Shown: positions 13,863 to 27,906, counted from the stretch's first letter. The stretch: DNA of 64,000 nucleotides from Octopus vulgaris (GCA_951406725.2 OX597830.1:2418001-2482000); one strand, 5' to 3'. Notes: a model not told the origin generated them from the letters alone. Numbers and translations are program-made.

Positions 13863-14649
13863 TATTTCAAGACAAGGAATTTAGTTGATTGTTATGTTCA
13901 ATGAATATTTTATTGAGCTAATTAATATTTGTAAGGAATTGACCCTGATTGGGGGGGGGGGCAGCACCCTTGATTTACGCTCCTATTGTTTCAAACCTGT
14001 CAGTCTGAAGCAATTATAGAAAACATAAAGATTTCATAAGGAGAGGAAAGGTAACAGTCGTGACTTTTAGCCTTTGAGAATGATTGAAGGGAAAGGGATA
14101 AATTATGATTCCTGAGGTATGCTGTAGGTATCAGAGTATCAACACATCAAGTTGTCCTTAAAGGGAAAACCTGCTCCAAATATCCAAAACAGGGTGACCA
14201 CTCCTAAGGCCATCTAAGGGTCAGCTATTCAGGTTCAACTAGGTGATGTCTTCTGTCTACCACCCAGGAACAGGTAAAATGAGCTAATCTACAAATCCAC
14301 ATTATATATCTGTTGCTAGGTCATGTGACAGGTTATTAAGCCTTACATTTTTGTCTGTCACCAGCGCAACATAGGGGCATGATGGGAAACAAGTTACTGA
14401 CATTCTGTCAACAGCTGTGACTTTTCAAAATATTTAAAATCTGTAGATAATTGTTTTATTGAATTTTCATCTGTGATTGCATAAATTCAATAAAGGAGAG
14501 ATATAAAAATTAGCTTTTAATTAAGAATCCTGATATACATGAGAAATTAAAGACATCAAGGTACCATCATGAATGAACGATGAAGTAGTTTCTTTGAACT
14601 GTAATATTAAACTGGAAATGATTGATGATGTGAGTGAGAAAGAAAGAGG

Positions 14650-14711
14650 AGAAGAAGAAGAAGAAGAAGAAGAAGAAGAAGAAGAAGAAGAAGAAGAAGA
14701 AGAAGAAGAAG

Positions 14712-14757
<46 letters not shown>

Positions 14758-14772
14758 GGGAGGAGGAGGAGA
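14650..14772. repeat. Compound (GAA)n(CAA)n(GGA)n microsatellite
   Basis: Direct reading. Confidence 0.95.
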
Positions 14773-14799
14773 GTTTTAGTTAGTGTTTGCTATTCCATT

Positions 14800-15760
14800 C
14801 AATATCCTTTTAGTCTATCGTTGATAGTTTCTTATTCCATCTGCAACAATATCGTTATTTTTGCTGCTATCAACAGTTCTAAATTTGGTTCTTGCTTCAC
14901 TGACAACTTATAAATTCTTTAATGAGCTTTCATCACCTCGTCTATCATTTCTCATTTTAGTATCTTCCGTTCTTATCTAATATCTCATCACAGCTACGTG
15001 CTTTCCTAACCAGCATCATCAGTGAACCTAACATATATTTTCAAGCAAGATGTCAATCAGCTTTAAATACTGATCAGCTGACCAATGGAATGGTGCCAAA
15101 ATGGAAAACATTGGTTATTAGCCAAGCTGTCAACTGGTGGAAGTGGATTCTTCTTTGTGAAATATTATCACAAAGGAGATTTCTAAATTTACATCATTTA
15201 AAGATCTTATCTTCCAAATAACCAAAGTAAAATGCTCGGCACCATCAGAGATGTATCTTTGTAAAGTTTCGTAAATTATTCTTGTAGATTCATGAAAGTA
15301 TGGGGATATTCAGAAAGTATGGGGATACTTGAGATGTAATTATTCCTTCTGAAATATTATTGTAAATATTTTTGAAACTCACTTGAAAACATTATCCTCA
15401 AGGATTATCTAAACATTAAATTCAGATTGCAAGAGGAAAATGGTAAGATGATGATTCCATCAAATGGATTTGAGTTTGTTGATAACACATTGTCTGGTGT
15501 GGAATTAATTGAGTTAAATCTTTTATATCTAAAATGTCAAATTTTCAAACTTTTCACAAGAGCAAAAATATATTGACACTCACAGACTTGGAATTTATTG
15601 AGGATTAATGTTAAATAGCTAGGAACCATTTCTGACAATGGAATAACAGATTATCCAGGTGAGAAGTTATCACTTGTTGCTTAAATCCCCTTTCTGTGGT
15701 TTTTGAAGATATTCAGTTTTTATTTATTCCATTTACAACTTTAAGAAAATACAGTAAAAG
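14800..15760 (-). mobile_element. Decayed non-LTR reverse transcriptase remnant
   Basis: Minus strand 'gaaaggggatttaagcaacaagtgataacttctcacct' resembles the RT motif RG.KQGD.LSP with an indel. Confidence 0.3.
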
Positions 15761-18700
15761 AATAAAAATTGAGCAGGAGGTTATTGTTGTAGTAAAAGAG
15801 TAAAATCTGAGGAAAGAATTGGAAGCTCTGAGTTGGGCAAAAAATGACGCAATTCAAAGGAACATGTCTTGAGGAAGAAGAGGAAATTATTGTTAGTAGA
15901 AGAATTCTTTGTCAAAGCAAAGAGCGATGTCATTGTTGTCAGTTGTTACTGAAGGATAAATAAATCAGAGTTAAGGAAAAGGGAGTTGTAAGGGGCAAGA
16001 GGAGAAGGTCAGGCTTCTGTTTTGTTACCTCCTACTCCTCCCCTCAATAATAGTCAAATCTGCCTGCATCCCCTTTATTTTGTCACTACTCAAACAGTTG
16101 CTCTCTCTCTCTCCCTTCCTCCCTCTCTCTCTCTCACCCTTCCTCCCTCTCTCTCTCTCACCCTTCCTCCCTCTCTCTCTCTCACCCTTCCTCCCTCTCT
16201 CTCCCCCCTCTCTCTCCCTCCTTCCCTCTCCCTCTCTCTCTCCATAAAGACTTATTTACAGTATATACAAAGAAGAGCTCATTATGTTAATTAGACTAAT
16301 TGATTAATCAGTTGCCATAGAATGGCTGCATCTCTTTGCCTGAAACTGGTTAGAGAGTTAAAGAGTATCTTTTTGACAAGACAGATGAAGAAAGTAAATC
16401 TTAAGGCAATGGTCAGTGTTTCTGGATACAAACATAAAGCAAATCTTTTTTAACGACCTTTGAGCCTCATTGTGAATTTTGCATAAATTATGAACATCTT
16501 ATTGGCAGAGTCATTAAGGTGTTGGATACAATTCCTTCTGCTGCTTATTCTGAGTCCCTGTTCTCTAGGTTCAAAACCCACTGGGATTAACTTTGTCTTT
16601 CATTCTTCTGGATTCATTAAAAAGTACCAATCCAGTATGGTGGATTGACACAGCTGTGAGAATGTTCAACCATATATCCTGTGATATTTGTTCTGGTTCT
16701 GCATATCCTGAGTTCAAATTTTACCCTAGCCTGCCTGGGTGGCATATTTAATCCTTTCATTTGGTAAAATAACACGTGTCACCTTCGGTACTTTTAGCAA
16801 AATATTCACTCTGTCATAAACATTTTGGCCAGTTCTCCAACCTTGGGGCACCTCCCCCTTCTCTCTTTCTCTCTCTCTCTCCCACCTGCCATAGAGGCAC
16901 TGTAGACCCACCAAAGTAAAAATTAGGAAAAGATGGCTATTCTATTTCTAAAGAAAACTAGAGATTAGTTACAAAGACCACATATTTTCTATCCACAGAA
17001 ATCTGTGATGTACCTATTTACTTTATTCTTCACGAAGAGGCTAAAATAAAATGTTTATTAGATAAAAAATATACTCTACATTGCAAATTATGCCATTATA
17101 CCATCGAATGAAACCATGGTAATTAGTCAAAAAAGCATATTGACTGTAAAGACATTTAAAACAATTCAAGAGGGTTCGTGCATGGTAAGTACACACACAC
17201 ACACAAAGAGAGAGAGAATGATGTATATTGCAGAAGTTTAGGGTGTATTGATACACATACAAATATATGCCAGCATGGAAAATGGAGACTAAATGATGAC
17301 AACAATGATGAAAATGATAGACAAACATTTGCACACATATGTAGAAGTTTAACCCGCTGTAGTCATATACATATATAAATAAACATATATTTGTGCACAT
17401 ACATACATGCACAGATACATATACACATAACTATGTTGGTGATATTAACTAGATTCCAGTGAAAGAGCTTCATTTCAGAGTTGCAAATAAAGTAAAAGAT
17501 GAAAGCACCTGCATCCTTTGTAACCTCACAGCCATGCAGATGCCAATGCAGGTGCCGATGCAGGTGCCGATGCAGGTGCTGATGCAGGTGCTTATGATTT
17601 ACAGAATACTAAAACAAAATTATCTAAAATTAGTGAATATAACAGTTCAAGTGTTTTATAAATGGCTGGCATGACTCTACCATAATGCAACTTGTTTGTA
17701 AAATTCTTTACCAAAAGGAAATAAAAAAAGATCAAAATGAAAAATAAAATAAAAATAAGATAATTGACAACAAAAGTTCTTCCTTTCAAATGAGTTTCTT
17801 TTGTCTTTTATTTTACTTCTTTGTTTTGTCCTTTTGATAAATGTTGATTCAGGTACACAAAGCAGTCCAATTAATTAGAACAAATAATGCCATAATTCCT
17901 TAACCTACAAGTTTCCTGATACTATCACCACAGACATTACAAAATCCCAATCTGACCATCCTCACACACTCCTCACACCAATGAAAAGAAAAAAAATATA
18001 TATATAAAGAAATAGTATTTTTAATTATTGTTACTGGAATCTCAGAATAAACATTTGACCGTTTCCTAAGATAGAATTTCAGGAAGAATTGTGACTTCTC
18101 AAGAGAGTAAAAGAGTAAACATGTAGAGAAGCTGTAGAATGTCTTCTTTGACTATTTAAGATATAATTGACCTTGGCTTCAAGTAATCACACAATTCCAG
18201 CTAATATTACTTCATTTCTTTCAGTCTCAGACAAAAAAAACCATCACAATCATGACCGTGATTGCTATCAAGCACAGAATAATCCCTTTCACCACCACAA
18301 CATCATCATCATCATCAACAGTAGCATCAACATCGCCAACAACAACATCAGCTATAGTAGTAGTAGCAGCGGCATTGGTAGTGGATACTTTTACCATACT
18401 GGCATGATCTGAACATAACATGTATTGTCGCAATGTGAGATAGCTGAATCTAAATGTAGCCATGATTATAAATGTCTAAATTGGTATGTTTATAGTTTAG
18501 CATTTTGTCTTGGAAGTAATTAGATAAAGTGTGGCCCATAGAAATAATGTCTATATATCTTAATACTTTCATAAAGAATGGAATTTCTTCTGCTAGAGTT
18601 CTGATCCAGGAAACAAGATCCAGAGAAAAATATTACAAGATCCAGAAAAAACTGGAATCTAATGAAGCACTGAGTGATTAAGGCTGAGTGGAAGGCAGAA

Positions 18701-18889
18701 AGGAGTGAAGGTAATTTGTAGGGAAGTCAAGTGTTGCTGCTCCTTCTGGTTGGTGGTACTCATGAGAATAAAAGAGAATGGAAATGGATGGAGGAGTAGA
18801 AAAACATCCAGATTTTAAAACCTGAATTTTTTAAAGATATTTCTACATAATTATTGGTTTCATATTGAACAACACCGAAAATATTGCTT

Positions 18890-19091
18890 TCAAACTTTGG
18901 TGTAAGACCAGCAATTTCAGGGCAAAGAATTGATCAATTACATCAACCCAAGTACTCAACTGGTACTTATTTAATCAATACTGAAAGGCAAAGTTGACCT
19001 TGATGGAATTTGAACTCACACCCTAGAGACAGATTAAAAACTGCTCAGCATTTTGCCCAGTCTGCTAACGATTCTGCCATTTATCTGCCTT
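18890..19091 (-). mobile_element. SINE family A
   Basis: 'ggtacttatttaatc...aaaggcaaagttgaccttgatggaatttgaactc'. Confidence 0.8.
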
Positions 19092-19730
19092 ATATGTCTA
19101 CATAGTTATTACCCATTAATATTCAACATAGAAATAGGTTAAAACTATCTTGGAACTCTGTGTTAGCAAACTAACATCAAAGACATTCTAGATGTGACCA
19201 TCACGATATAATTTAATACACAGAACATTCTGGAATACATTCTCAAAATAAATCATATTCTTGCATTAATTTCACTGGCAGGCAGAGAATATTGGTAAGC
19301 TTTTTTTATATATATTGCCATGAATATGCCTTTTACAGATTTCAAAGTGTGTGTGTATGTGTGTGCATGGATGTGTTTATGCTTATATGTGTTGCCCTAA
19401 TAAAATGAGACTTAACATATTCTGTAAAGGGGTTGTCAAGTAAGTGGCTAATTGTTGTGCTCAGAGGAGTTCTTTGTCTTGCTGAGGACATGACGATCTC
19501 TCTAAGGCTGATGCCACAACAAAATATAACTTAGCCAGTAATAATATATACAGTGGGTGGTGAATGGCATTCAGCAACATGAACTAAATCAAAAATGAAA
19601 TTGAAATTGAAATCACATGAACTGCAATGACCTGTCCCACCCATGCCAGCATGAAAAAGTAGACGTTAGAACGATGATTATGATGCTGATGACAGTGATG
19701 TATATATACACACATACACACATATATTAC

Positions 19731-19898
19731 TACACTCACTGAGTGGTTGGCATTAGGAAGGGCATCCAGCTGTAGAAACACCGCCAGATCTGACTGGCCT
19801 GGTGCAGCTTTCGGGCTTCCCAGACCCCAGTTGAACCGTCCAACCCATGCTAGCATGGAAAGCGGACGTTAAACGATGATGATGATGATGATGATGAT
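19731..19898 (+). mobile_element. SINE family B (3' part)
   Basis: 'ggcattaggaagggcatccagctgtagaaac...catgctagcatggaaagcggacgttaaac(gat)n'; nearly identical to 29490-29639. Confidence 0.9.
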
Positions 19899-19947
19899 AC
19901 ATATAAATCAATAGACAGAGAGATTAGGTGTGTGTGTATATATATAT

Positions 19948-20179
19948 ATTTCTTTACTGCCCACAAGGGGCTAAACATAGAGGGGACAAACAAGGACAGA
20001 CAAAGGGATTAAGTCGATTACATCGACCCCAGTGCGAAACTGGTACTTTATTTATCGACCCCGAAAGGATGAAAAGCAAAGTCGACCTCAGCGGAATTTG
20101 AACTCAGAACGTAGCGACAGATGAAATACCGCTAAGCATTTTGCCCAGTGCACTAACGTTTCTGCCAGCTCACCACCTT
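19948..20179 (-). mobile_element. SINE family A, full length
   Basis: Same head, core and tail as 702-933. Confidence 0.9.
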
Positions 20180-20181
20180 GA

Positions 20182-20216
<35 letters not shown>

Positions 20217-20242
20217 TATATATATATATATATATATACATA

Positions 20243-20511
20243 TTATCATCATCATCGTTTAACGTCCGTTTTCCATGCTGGCATGAGTTGGGTGGTTTGA
20301 CTGGGGACCTGCAAGACAGGAGGCTGCACCAGGCTCTAATGTGATCTGGCAAGGTTTCTACAGCAGGATGCCCTTCCAATGCCAACCATTCCAAGAGCAT
20401 AGTAGGTGCTTTTTATGTGCCACTAACACGGGAGCTAATTAGGTGGCACTGGCATTGACGACACTTAAATAGTGCTTTTTAGATGCCACAAAAGCAGCAC
20501 TGGCATCGGCC
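20243..20511 (-). mobile_element. SINE family B
   Basis: (cat)n-'cgtttaacgtccgttttccatgctggcatg...gatgcccttccaatgccaacc'. Confidence 0.85.
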
Positions 20512-20919
20512 ATATATATATATATATATATATGCACCACACACACACACACACTTATATTTAAATCTATGTGCTTCTGTGAAATCTGTTTATATTGCCA
20601 GATAAAGTCAGGTAGAACTAAGCCTGAGAGAAATAATAAATAATATTGAAGAATGTTATGTCCATTAATGGAAGTTGTTTCTTCTAGAGTGTTCAGTCGT
20701 AATTTAAATATATTACAAACAGTACCATATTGAATATTCACAGCAAATAACTGCTTGATTTCCATTGGGGGAAATATGTGAATAGAAAAAAACATTTTCA
20801 AAATTAGGTCTATTTGTGCATGAGGAAAACAAAGATTTATATATTTATATATCAATGTACGACTGAAGATATATGTGTTTGTGTATGCTTATTTACATCT
20901 ATCTCTCTTTACATCTATC

Positions 20920-20969
<50 letters not shown>

Positions 20970-23222
20970 TTATATATCTACACATATATATAAGTACATA
21001 CATACATGTATATATATATATAGATAGATAGATATAGATATATATATGTATGTATGTACGTATATGAATATATATATTAAGTGTAGGAGAAAAATAGAGA
21101 GTCACATACTACTACATACATATTACATTTCTTCAATAATTCCCAAAGTAAAATAGAGCATACCCATACATTACATGCATCCAGACACATGTATGTATGT
21201 TAGTATGTATGTATGTATGTAGATAAACATATACATACATATGGATTGGTGAATATAGTTTATGTCCATGCACCCATATGCACTCACAGACACTCACAGA
21301 CATATGCACATACAAATGCATACACACTGAACAGCCACTAGCTGTGTCTGTCATTGATTTCTTTCCAGCACAACTATTAGAATTGGAAATATTTTCATAT
21401 CTATCACAGAACTGCAATTTTCTACTCTGTGAGAATTATCTAGGAATATATTCAGTATTTTATAATTGGATACATTCAAAAGTTAATAAGATCAACACTT
21501 ACACTGGCACAGACCAGTATGTGTGGGTGCAGGTCTATTTGTATGTGCGTGTGTGATAACACAATGTATGCATATGTGCTTGTATGTATGCTTACATGTA
21601 TGTGTGTGTGCATCTACATATTTGTTCATTCATTTAATGCCTTCTTGTCTGTGCTTGCATGGATCGGATGCCTTTCCTGTTGCTTATCCTTAACTATTTC
21701 TGCAGCAAGGGATCATCATTGCCTCTATGCCAGTCTGAAGCCACAAAACGAGTGTATGACTTGTTAACAGGAGACTGGTAATAGCAACATTTTGTAGCCT
21801 GTGTATGATTGCAGGTGTAAATAAATACACAGACACATATCAAAGCATGTCACATCCTCATTTACTTAACCAGTTTTGAAATCTTGCTTGAGTGTGGCCA
21901 AATACACCAGTCAGCATTTTGTTTTTAAGGCATTTGGTGTTTAAAAAAATATCTTGTAAATATTCTCCTTTAAACTTGCAGTAATGTCTAAGTTTTATTC
22001 TTAATAGCAATCTATCTGTGCATGTTGTTTATATTTGGAACCTAATCATTTCTGTGGCATTCCCCCTTCTTCAGAAAGACCTTAGCACTAAAGATGTGAA
22101 ACTTTGTCTCTTAATGGTCTGTCCAATTTCCAAAGAATGTTGAATGATTTTTAATCTTCGTTCTCTACGTTTTCTTCATTATTTTCCTGGGGAATGATTT
22201 CATAGTTGTTTGAAAGAAAATGTTCTTTCTCACTTATTTTTCTCAAATTTTCCATACTTTTCTTCTTTGTATTTTCACAAACTTCAAAATTCCATCTGTT
22301 AATATTCCATATGATGATTACTTTATGCATTGAATGTGTGGTACAGTTCAAGAAGGAGGTGCTTGCTCTGAAACTGTGTCTAAAGCTATTTTGTTTGTCA
22401 TCCCTAGAGTTTTAGCTGTTGATGTTCTGTTGATGTTCTATTCTTTTTTCTGTTGCTCTTAATTATTTTTATGTTTTGCTTTCATTTACTTACTTCTTCC
22501 TCACATTTTTTCTCATGTATAGTTTATGTCAACAAATGTAACAACAAAACTTTCTACTCTCTATCATCAATCTCAATCCTTTTTACTGGTCACTCTTGTG
22601 GTTTTGAGTCGGTGGACTTTGAGGTTAATTGAACTTGAAAGTCTATTCTGATGTCCTTTCCCTTGGGTCATATTTCATTAAACCTACTCATCACATGTGT
22701 CAGCACTGGCCATGGTTCTTCTAAATGTATTCTATTGTGATTCTTTTGTTGCTTTGTCCCATCTACTCTGACACAAGTGTATAATCAGAAGTGCGTCTGA
22801 CGATTTCAACCCATGATTTGGTTGCATTTACAAATTTAAAGGTACAATAAATAGTGTCATGCATTTTGCCTTTTTTCATTGAGATAATTTCTCCCGATGT
22901 TTTGTTGTACTACTTGATGTGAAGATTAATTCAATCTGGTGCCATCTTTTCATATGCAAAGATTTATATCAAAGGTTAGTTGAGTTAGATGTTGGAATAA
23001 CTGACTAAGGGATAAAAAATATCCGTTATACTACCGGTATAATTACCTATGTTAACCCTGAACATGCATATGCAAGCATATTATGCTCATAGATTACAGG
23101 TAATGACAAAGATAAACATGAATTCATCAGGAATCAAATTTAAAGTAAAGAGAAAATAGAGAAATATTGATCAATAACAAGTGACTTACATCAGTTATTA
23201 CTTTTTAGTTAAATACAAATAG

Positions 23223-23425
23223 ACTAAGGGTGGATGCTACTGTAGCTTGTAGCCCCAGGAGAACATCTTCTCCAATTGGCTATTGACACACTTTCTGTGC
23301 CCTATCAGTATTTGCAAAGGGAAGCCATCCTTCCCATCATCAACCTGACGTGATAAGCACGGACCTGGGTTTCTGGAGAAGATGTTCTCCTGGGGCTACA
23401 AGCTACAGTAGCATCTACCCTTAGT
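23223..23425. mobile_element. MITE-like element with 52-bp inverted repeats
   Basis: 23223-23274 is the reverse complement of 23374-23425 with one mismatch; ~100-bp spacer. Confidence 0.75.
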
Positions 23426-23714
23426 GGTTAGCCACATTTAAGTGGCAAATATACTTCACAAATAGACTGTATCCCATCTAACAGCTGTTTCTGCTTCCAA
23501 TGTTTCACAGTGTTGCCATTGAAAATTCTGAAAATAATATTTATCATATTTGGTAATACATCCAATCTGGAATGAGGAGCTTCATCAGATTGTCTTTAAT
23601 TAAAAAGTAATAATTGATGCTAGTCAATTGTTGATCAATATTTCTCCATTTTCTGTTTACTTTAAATTTATGCAAGGATATAGAAATTTTCTCTTCACTT
23701 TTTATCTCTTATTC

Positions 23715-24081
23715 ATTTCAGTTGTTAGACAGGGGTCATGCTGGAGCACTACCTTGAAATTTTTTAGTCAAATGAACCAACCCTTGTACTTATTTTGCTT
23801 TAAGCTTGACACTTATTCTATCAGGGTTTTCTTTTTGTTTTCTGCTGAACCACTAAGTTATGAAGATATAAACACACCAACACTGGTTGTCAAGTGGTGG
23901 TGATGGGAGACGAACACATGCAAAAAGATACACACACATACAATGAGTTTCTTTCAGTTTCAATCTGCCAACTCCTCACGGGGCTTTGGTCCATCTGACA
24001 CTTGCCCAAAGTGCTGTGCCGTGAGACTGAACCCAGAACCCTGTGGTTAGGAACGAAGCTTCTTACCACACAGCCACGCCT
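23715..24081 (-). mobile_element. tRNA-derived SINE family D
   Basis: Minus-strand head 'ggcgtggctgtgtggtaagaagcttcg...ggttcagtc...ctttgggcaagtgtc'; second copy at 49262-49647. Confidence 0.85.
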
Positions 24082-24737
24082 GGTCTTTCTTCTCGATTAT
24101 CTCATGTGATAAAGAAATGTTGCTGGGTTTCACAAAATTCTTCCATCTACACTTTTTGTCTTGGACCCGTCACAGATCTAAGATTTTATTTGTTCAGTTT
24201 CTGTTCCGGGAATGCTTGTCTTCCCACACTTGCTCTATGAAGAGACTGCAATATTTAGAATTGTGCAAGAAGAATCACTACTGCTATTGTTGTTGTTACA
24301 GTTGCTGTCTTTCAAGTGATTTATTTCAGTTTCAGGGGCTTTCGTCCATTAATTGTTCATTAAACCATTCAGTTTCTTCTTCCCCTTTTATATTTAGTCA
24401 TGTATTTTGGTTTTTGTGTTGCTTTTTTTTTTTTGTGGTTGTAATGTTTTCTGGTATGGCATAATTATATGTGGTAGTAATTTGTGTGTGGGAAAATGCA
24501 ATGTGTGTCGCTGAAATTTCAGAAGTTTGTGAAGCGATTCCCTTCTCTCCATTTTCCACTGCCAAGTATCAAGGGCAAGCTTTCCTTTGGCAATTATTAT
24601 TCTCTTTGCAAGTATTACAACGAAAATTTCATTTTCTAATACGTGAACAAAATGTGTTTCTAAGATAGCTGTAAAAATGATGCAGTTTCCTTATAAAAGT
24701 CAATGAAAATAATAATAACAACAGCAATAATAATAAT

Positions 24738-24897
24738 TTTGGGGAAGAGTCAAATGAATTTCATCGACCCCAGTGCACAACTGGTATTTATTTTATCAAT
24801 TCAGAAAGGATTGAAGGCAAAACTGACCTTGGCAGAATTTGAGCTTAGAAGGTAGAGACAATGAAATAGTGCTAAGCTGGCTAATAATTCTACCAGC
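24738..24897 (-). mobile_element. SINE family A, diverged
   Basis: 'atcgaccccagtgcacaactggta...gaaggcaaaactgaccttggcagaatttgagc'. Confidence 0.75.
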
Positions 24898-25727
24898 TGT
24901 GTATGTGTGTGTGTGTATGTGTGTGTGTGTATGTGTGTGTGTGTATGTGTGTGTGTATTCCCCTTTTGGATTTATTCAAATATTTTGTTTTTTAAAGAAT
25001 TCAAGCTGATCAATCAAGTCATCAGGTTTAAGAGGAAGACAGAAAGCTAAGGTTTTATTCAGTAGGATTGAACCCCAAACTGTACTATTGGAATTGGAAC
25101 TTGGAACTACGCAAAAACATACGACTTTATAGCACAATCTGATCTTTTCTGTCTGTCTTTTGAAAACTGGTTGAATGCAACTGGAGGAGATTTAACTGAT
25201 GCCTTTAACAGTTTGCAAGGGGCAAGGGTGATCCTGCTACCTGACACTATAGAATACTTCCTGCTAATATTAGGAGCTGCAGGAAGAAGTTAAAACTCTA
25301 TAAAGAAAAAACATTTGAAATATTTTTTGTAAGAAACATTAAATACACTGTAGATGTAAATTGGATTAACATATATAAATAAAACGTATATATTAAAATA
25401 CTTAATATCATGATTTTCAATGAAATAAAATTGTGGATTTAAAGAAAAAAATATTTATAAAATTGAAACATATTTAGAAATGAAATGTAAAATGTATAAT
25501 TCCAATTGTGAAATGGTAAAATATAGCAATTTGTAATAGATTAGAAATAAATTTTCGTCTAAATGGATACAAAACACTTTCAAAGGCCATCTCTGTTTTT
25601 CTTTTTAAAATAAGGCTGTGATAAAGCAATGAGATATAATTTTTCCTTTATAATAATTTCTGGATATTACAGTAGCATATGTGTGAGTATATGCATATAT
25701 GTATGTATGTAATGAATGTATGTATAA

Positions 25728-25776
<49 letters not shown>

Positions 25777-26024
25777 TATATAGATAGATAGACAGATAGA
25801 CAGATAGATAATCATTACAACAATATATGTAAAAATAATTGCTTCTAGCATATTTCATTTATTTCATTTTTAAATATATTTTAACCTGCATCAGATTGGC
25901 AAAATTTTATATCTCTGCTATGAAAGAGTCTTCCCACAGATGCCCAACTTGCTAGTAATAGTAGCTAAATCTACCACATGTTACATTATACAGTGTAAAA
26001 AAGTGCCGATCTCTAACTGTGGAG

Positions 26025-26507
26025 GGAACCTGTGGTAGAATTAGACCCAGGAAGACATGGGATGAGGGGCTGAAGCATGATGTTTGAACTTTGGGCCTCA
26101 CAGAGGTAATGACTATTGAACGAGGTCTTTGGCAATATGCTGTGCTTGAGAAGACCTGTCAAACCCGTGAAATCGTAGCCATTGTAAATGCTGGTGTCAC
26201 GTAACTGGCATCCTTGCTGGTGGCATGTAGAAAGCCCCTTTTGAGTGTTGGGCCTCATGGAAGCGATGTTGCACTTGAGAAGGTCCATCAAGCTGAGCAA
26301 AATCAGTTGTGGCAGATACCAGTGTCATGCAAATGGCACTCATGCCACTGGAATGTAAAAGCACCCGTTACACTCTTGGAGTGCCATATAAACCATGCCA
26401 AATCAGACAGGAGTCTGGTGCAGCCTTCCAGTTTGCCAGTCCTAGTCAAACAGTCCAACCCATGTCACCATGGACAACAGACGTTAAATGATGATGATGA
26501 TGATGAT
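26025..26507 (+). mobile_element. Long variant of SINE family B with internal repeats
   Basis: Repeated 'cttgagaag..c.tcaa...g.g.aaatc' and 'ggcatgta.aa.gc.cc' blocks, ending in 'gacgttaaatgatgatgat'. Confidence 0.75.
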
Positions 26508-26642
26508 ATTCATAGATATCCAAGAAGCAAGGATGGTCATGACTAGAAGGCTTGTTATTGTAAGTCTGCTTAGTTAGGATAACCCTAAGCAATAACAACT
26601 TCATCAGCTCCAGTAATATATATTAGTATTATCATTGTTGTT

Positions 26643-27148
26643 CACCATCATTTAACGTCCGCTTACAATGCTAGCATGGGTTGGACGATTTGACTGAGGA
26701 CTGGTGAACCAGATGGCTGCACCAGACTCCAATCTGATCTGGCAGACTTTCTACAGCTTGATGCCCTTCCTAACACCAACCACTCTGAGAGTGTAGTGGG
26801 AGCTTTTACGTGCCACCGGCATGAGGGCCAGTCTGGTGGTATTGGCAACGTCCATGCTCAAAATGGTGTTTTTTACATGCCACCTGCACAGGAGTCAGTC
26901 CAGCGGCACTGACAACAACCTCGCTCGAATGTTTTGTTCACGTCCGGTAAGATGACACTCGCAATGATCAATCTCAAAATGATGCTTTTTACAGGCTGTT
27001 AGCGCTCCACTGGCATGGGTGCCAGTCATCGAATTTGGTTCAATTTCAATTTCACTTGCCCCAACAGGTCTTCGCAAGCAGAATTTAGTGTCCAATGAAG
27101 GGAGGTTAGCATGGGTGCCAGTTATCAAATTTGTTTCGATTTCGAATT
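26643..27148 (-). mobile_element. Long variant of SINE family B
   Basis: Tail at 26643, repeated 'tttta(c)gtgccacc' and 'gggtgccagt.atc.aatttg.ttc' blocks. Confidence 0.8.
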
Positions 27149-27174
27149 CAATTGTTATTATTATTATTATTATT

Positions 27175-27728
27175 GAATGAGAGAGCAGTGCATGCCATCA
27201 AAGTGACACTGGGGTAAAATATACGAAGCCCAATATACCCATCATGACTACCCGTCTGATAAGGGTACACTACACACATGCATCACAATCATATGTGTGT
27301 GACATGGTGATCCCATGTCAAGATAAGCAGCACATGACCTTGCAGGTGGGGCCCACTTAGAATTTTCTTCAGGTCGAGTAACCCATCCTGCTCAAAAGGT
27401 CCCTGAATAAGAGTTGTTTAAGGATGTTGAATGAAACACCCATGTTTCCAGAGGTGAAATATTCAAACCCCAAAGAATCCCTCTCAATACATGGCTATGA
27501 TGTTCCCCCACTACTTCTGCTGGTGATCAGAGATGCACATATTGTCAGCCACCAAGGGACATGCTCAACTGGTTAAGGTCAAACAACTGACAAGCAAATC
27601 TGTGGTATTGAGCAGAATATTTGCTGTAGCCCATCTTTTATACCAAGACAAAACAATGTATATGATAACACTTCCAATCAGTTAAGATCAGAAGCCATGA
27701 GAGCCACTGTCTCGTACTGCATCAGGAC

Positions 27729-27731
<3 letters not shown>
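27175..27731 (-). mobile_element. Non-coding ~555-bp element embedded in (TAA)n, probably non-autonomous
   Basis: Unique sequence bounded on both sides by (TTA)n; lies next to a Dong-like 3' end. Strand inferred. Confidence 0.55.
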
Positions 27732-27761
<30 letters not shown>

Positions 27762-27771
27762 CATTCTTATT

Positions 27772-27833
<62 letters not shown>

Positions 27834-27843
27834 CATTCTTATT

Positions 27844-27903
<60 letters not shown>
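27732..27903. repeat. (TTA)n microsatellite with an internal duplicated variant block
   Basis: 'atcattcttattattatcattatc' occurs twice. Confidence 0.95.

Positions 27904-27906
<3 letters not shown>

Noticed and set aside
14567-14779. PolyE/polyQ ORF
   Set aside because: Pure trinucleotide microsatellites with no supporting exon structure.
16099-16243. ~24-bp CT-rich tandem repeat (LPPSLSLT)
   Set aside because: Low-complexity slippage product.
18167-18463. His/Asn/Ser-rich ORF after an acceptor-like 'tttctttcag'
   Set aside because: Degenerate CAT/CAA/TAG repeats; no domain or other support.
19948-20179. tRNA gene calls at SINE heads
   Set aside because: A/B boxes are present but there is no cloverleaf, and they continue into SINE cores.
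21850-22960. Coding-like minus-strand stretch
   Set aside because: Many stops and no diagnostic motif; probably an old LINE remnant but not supportable.
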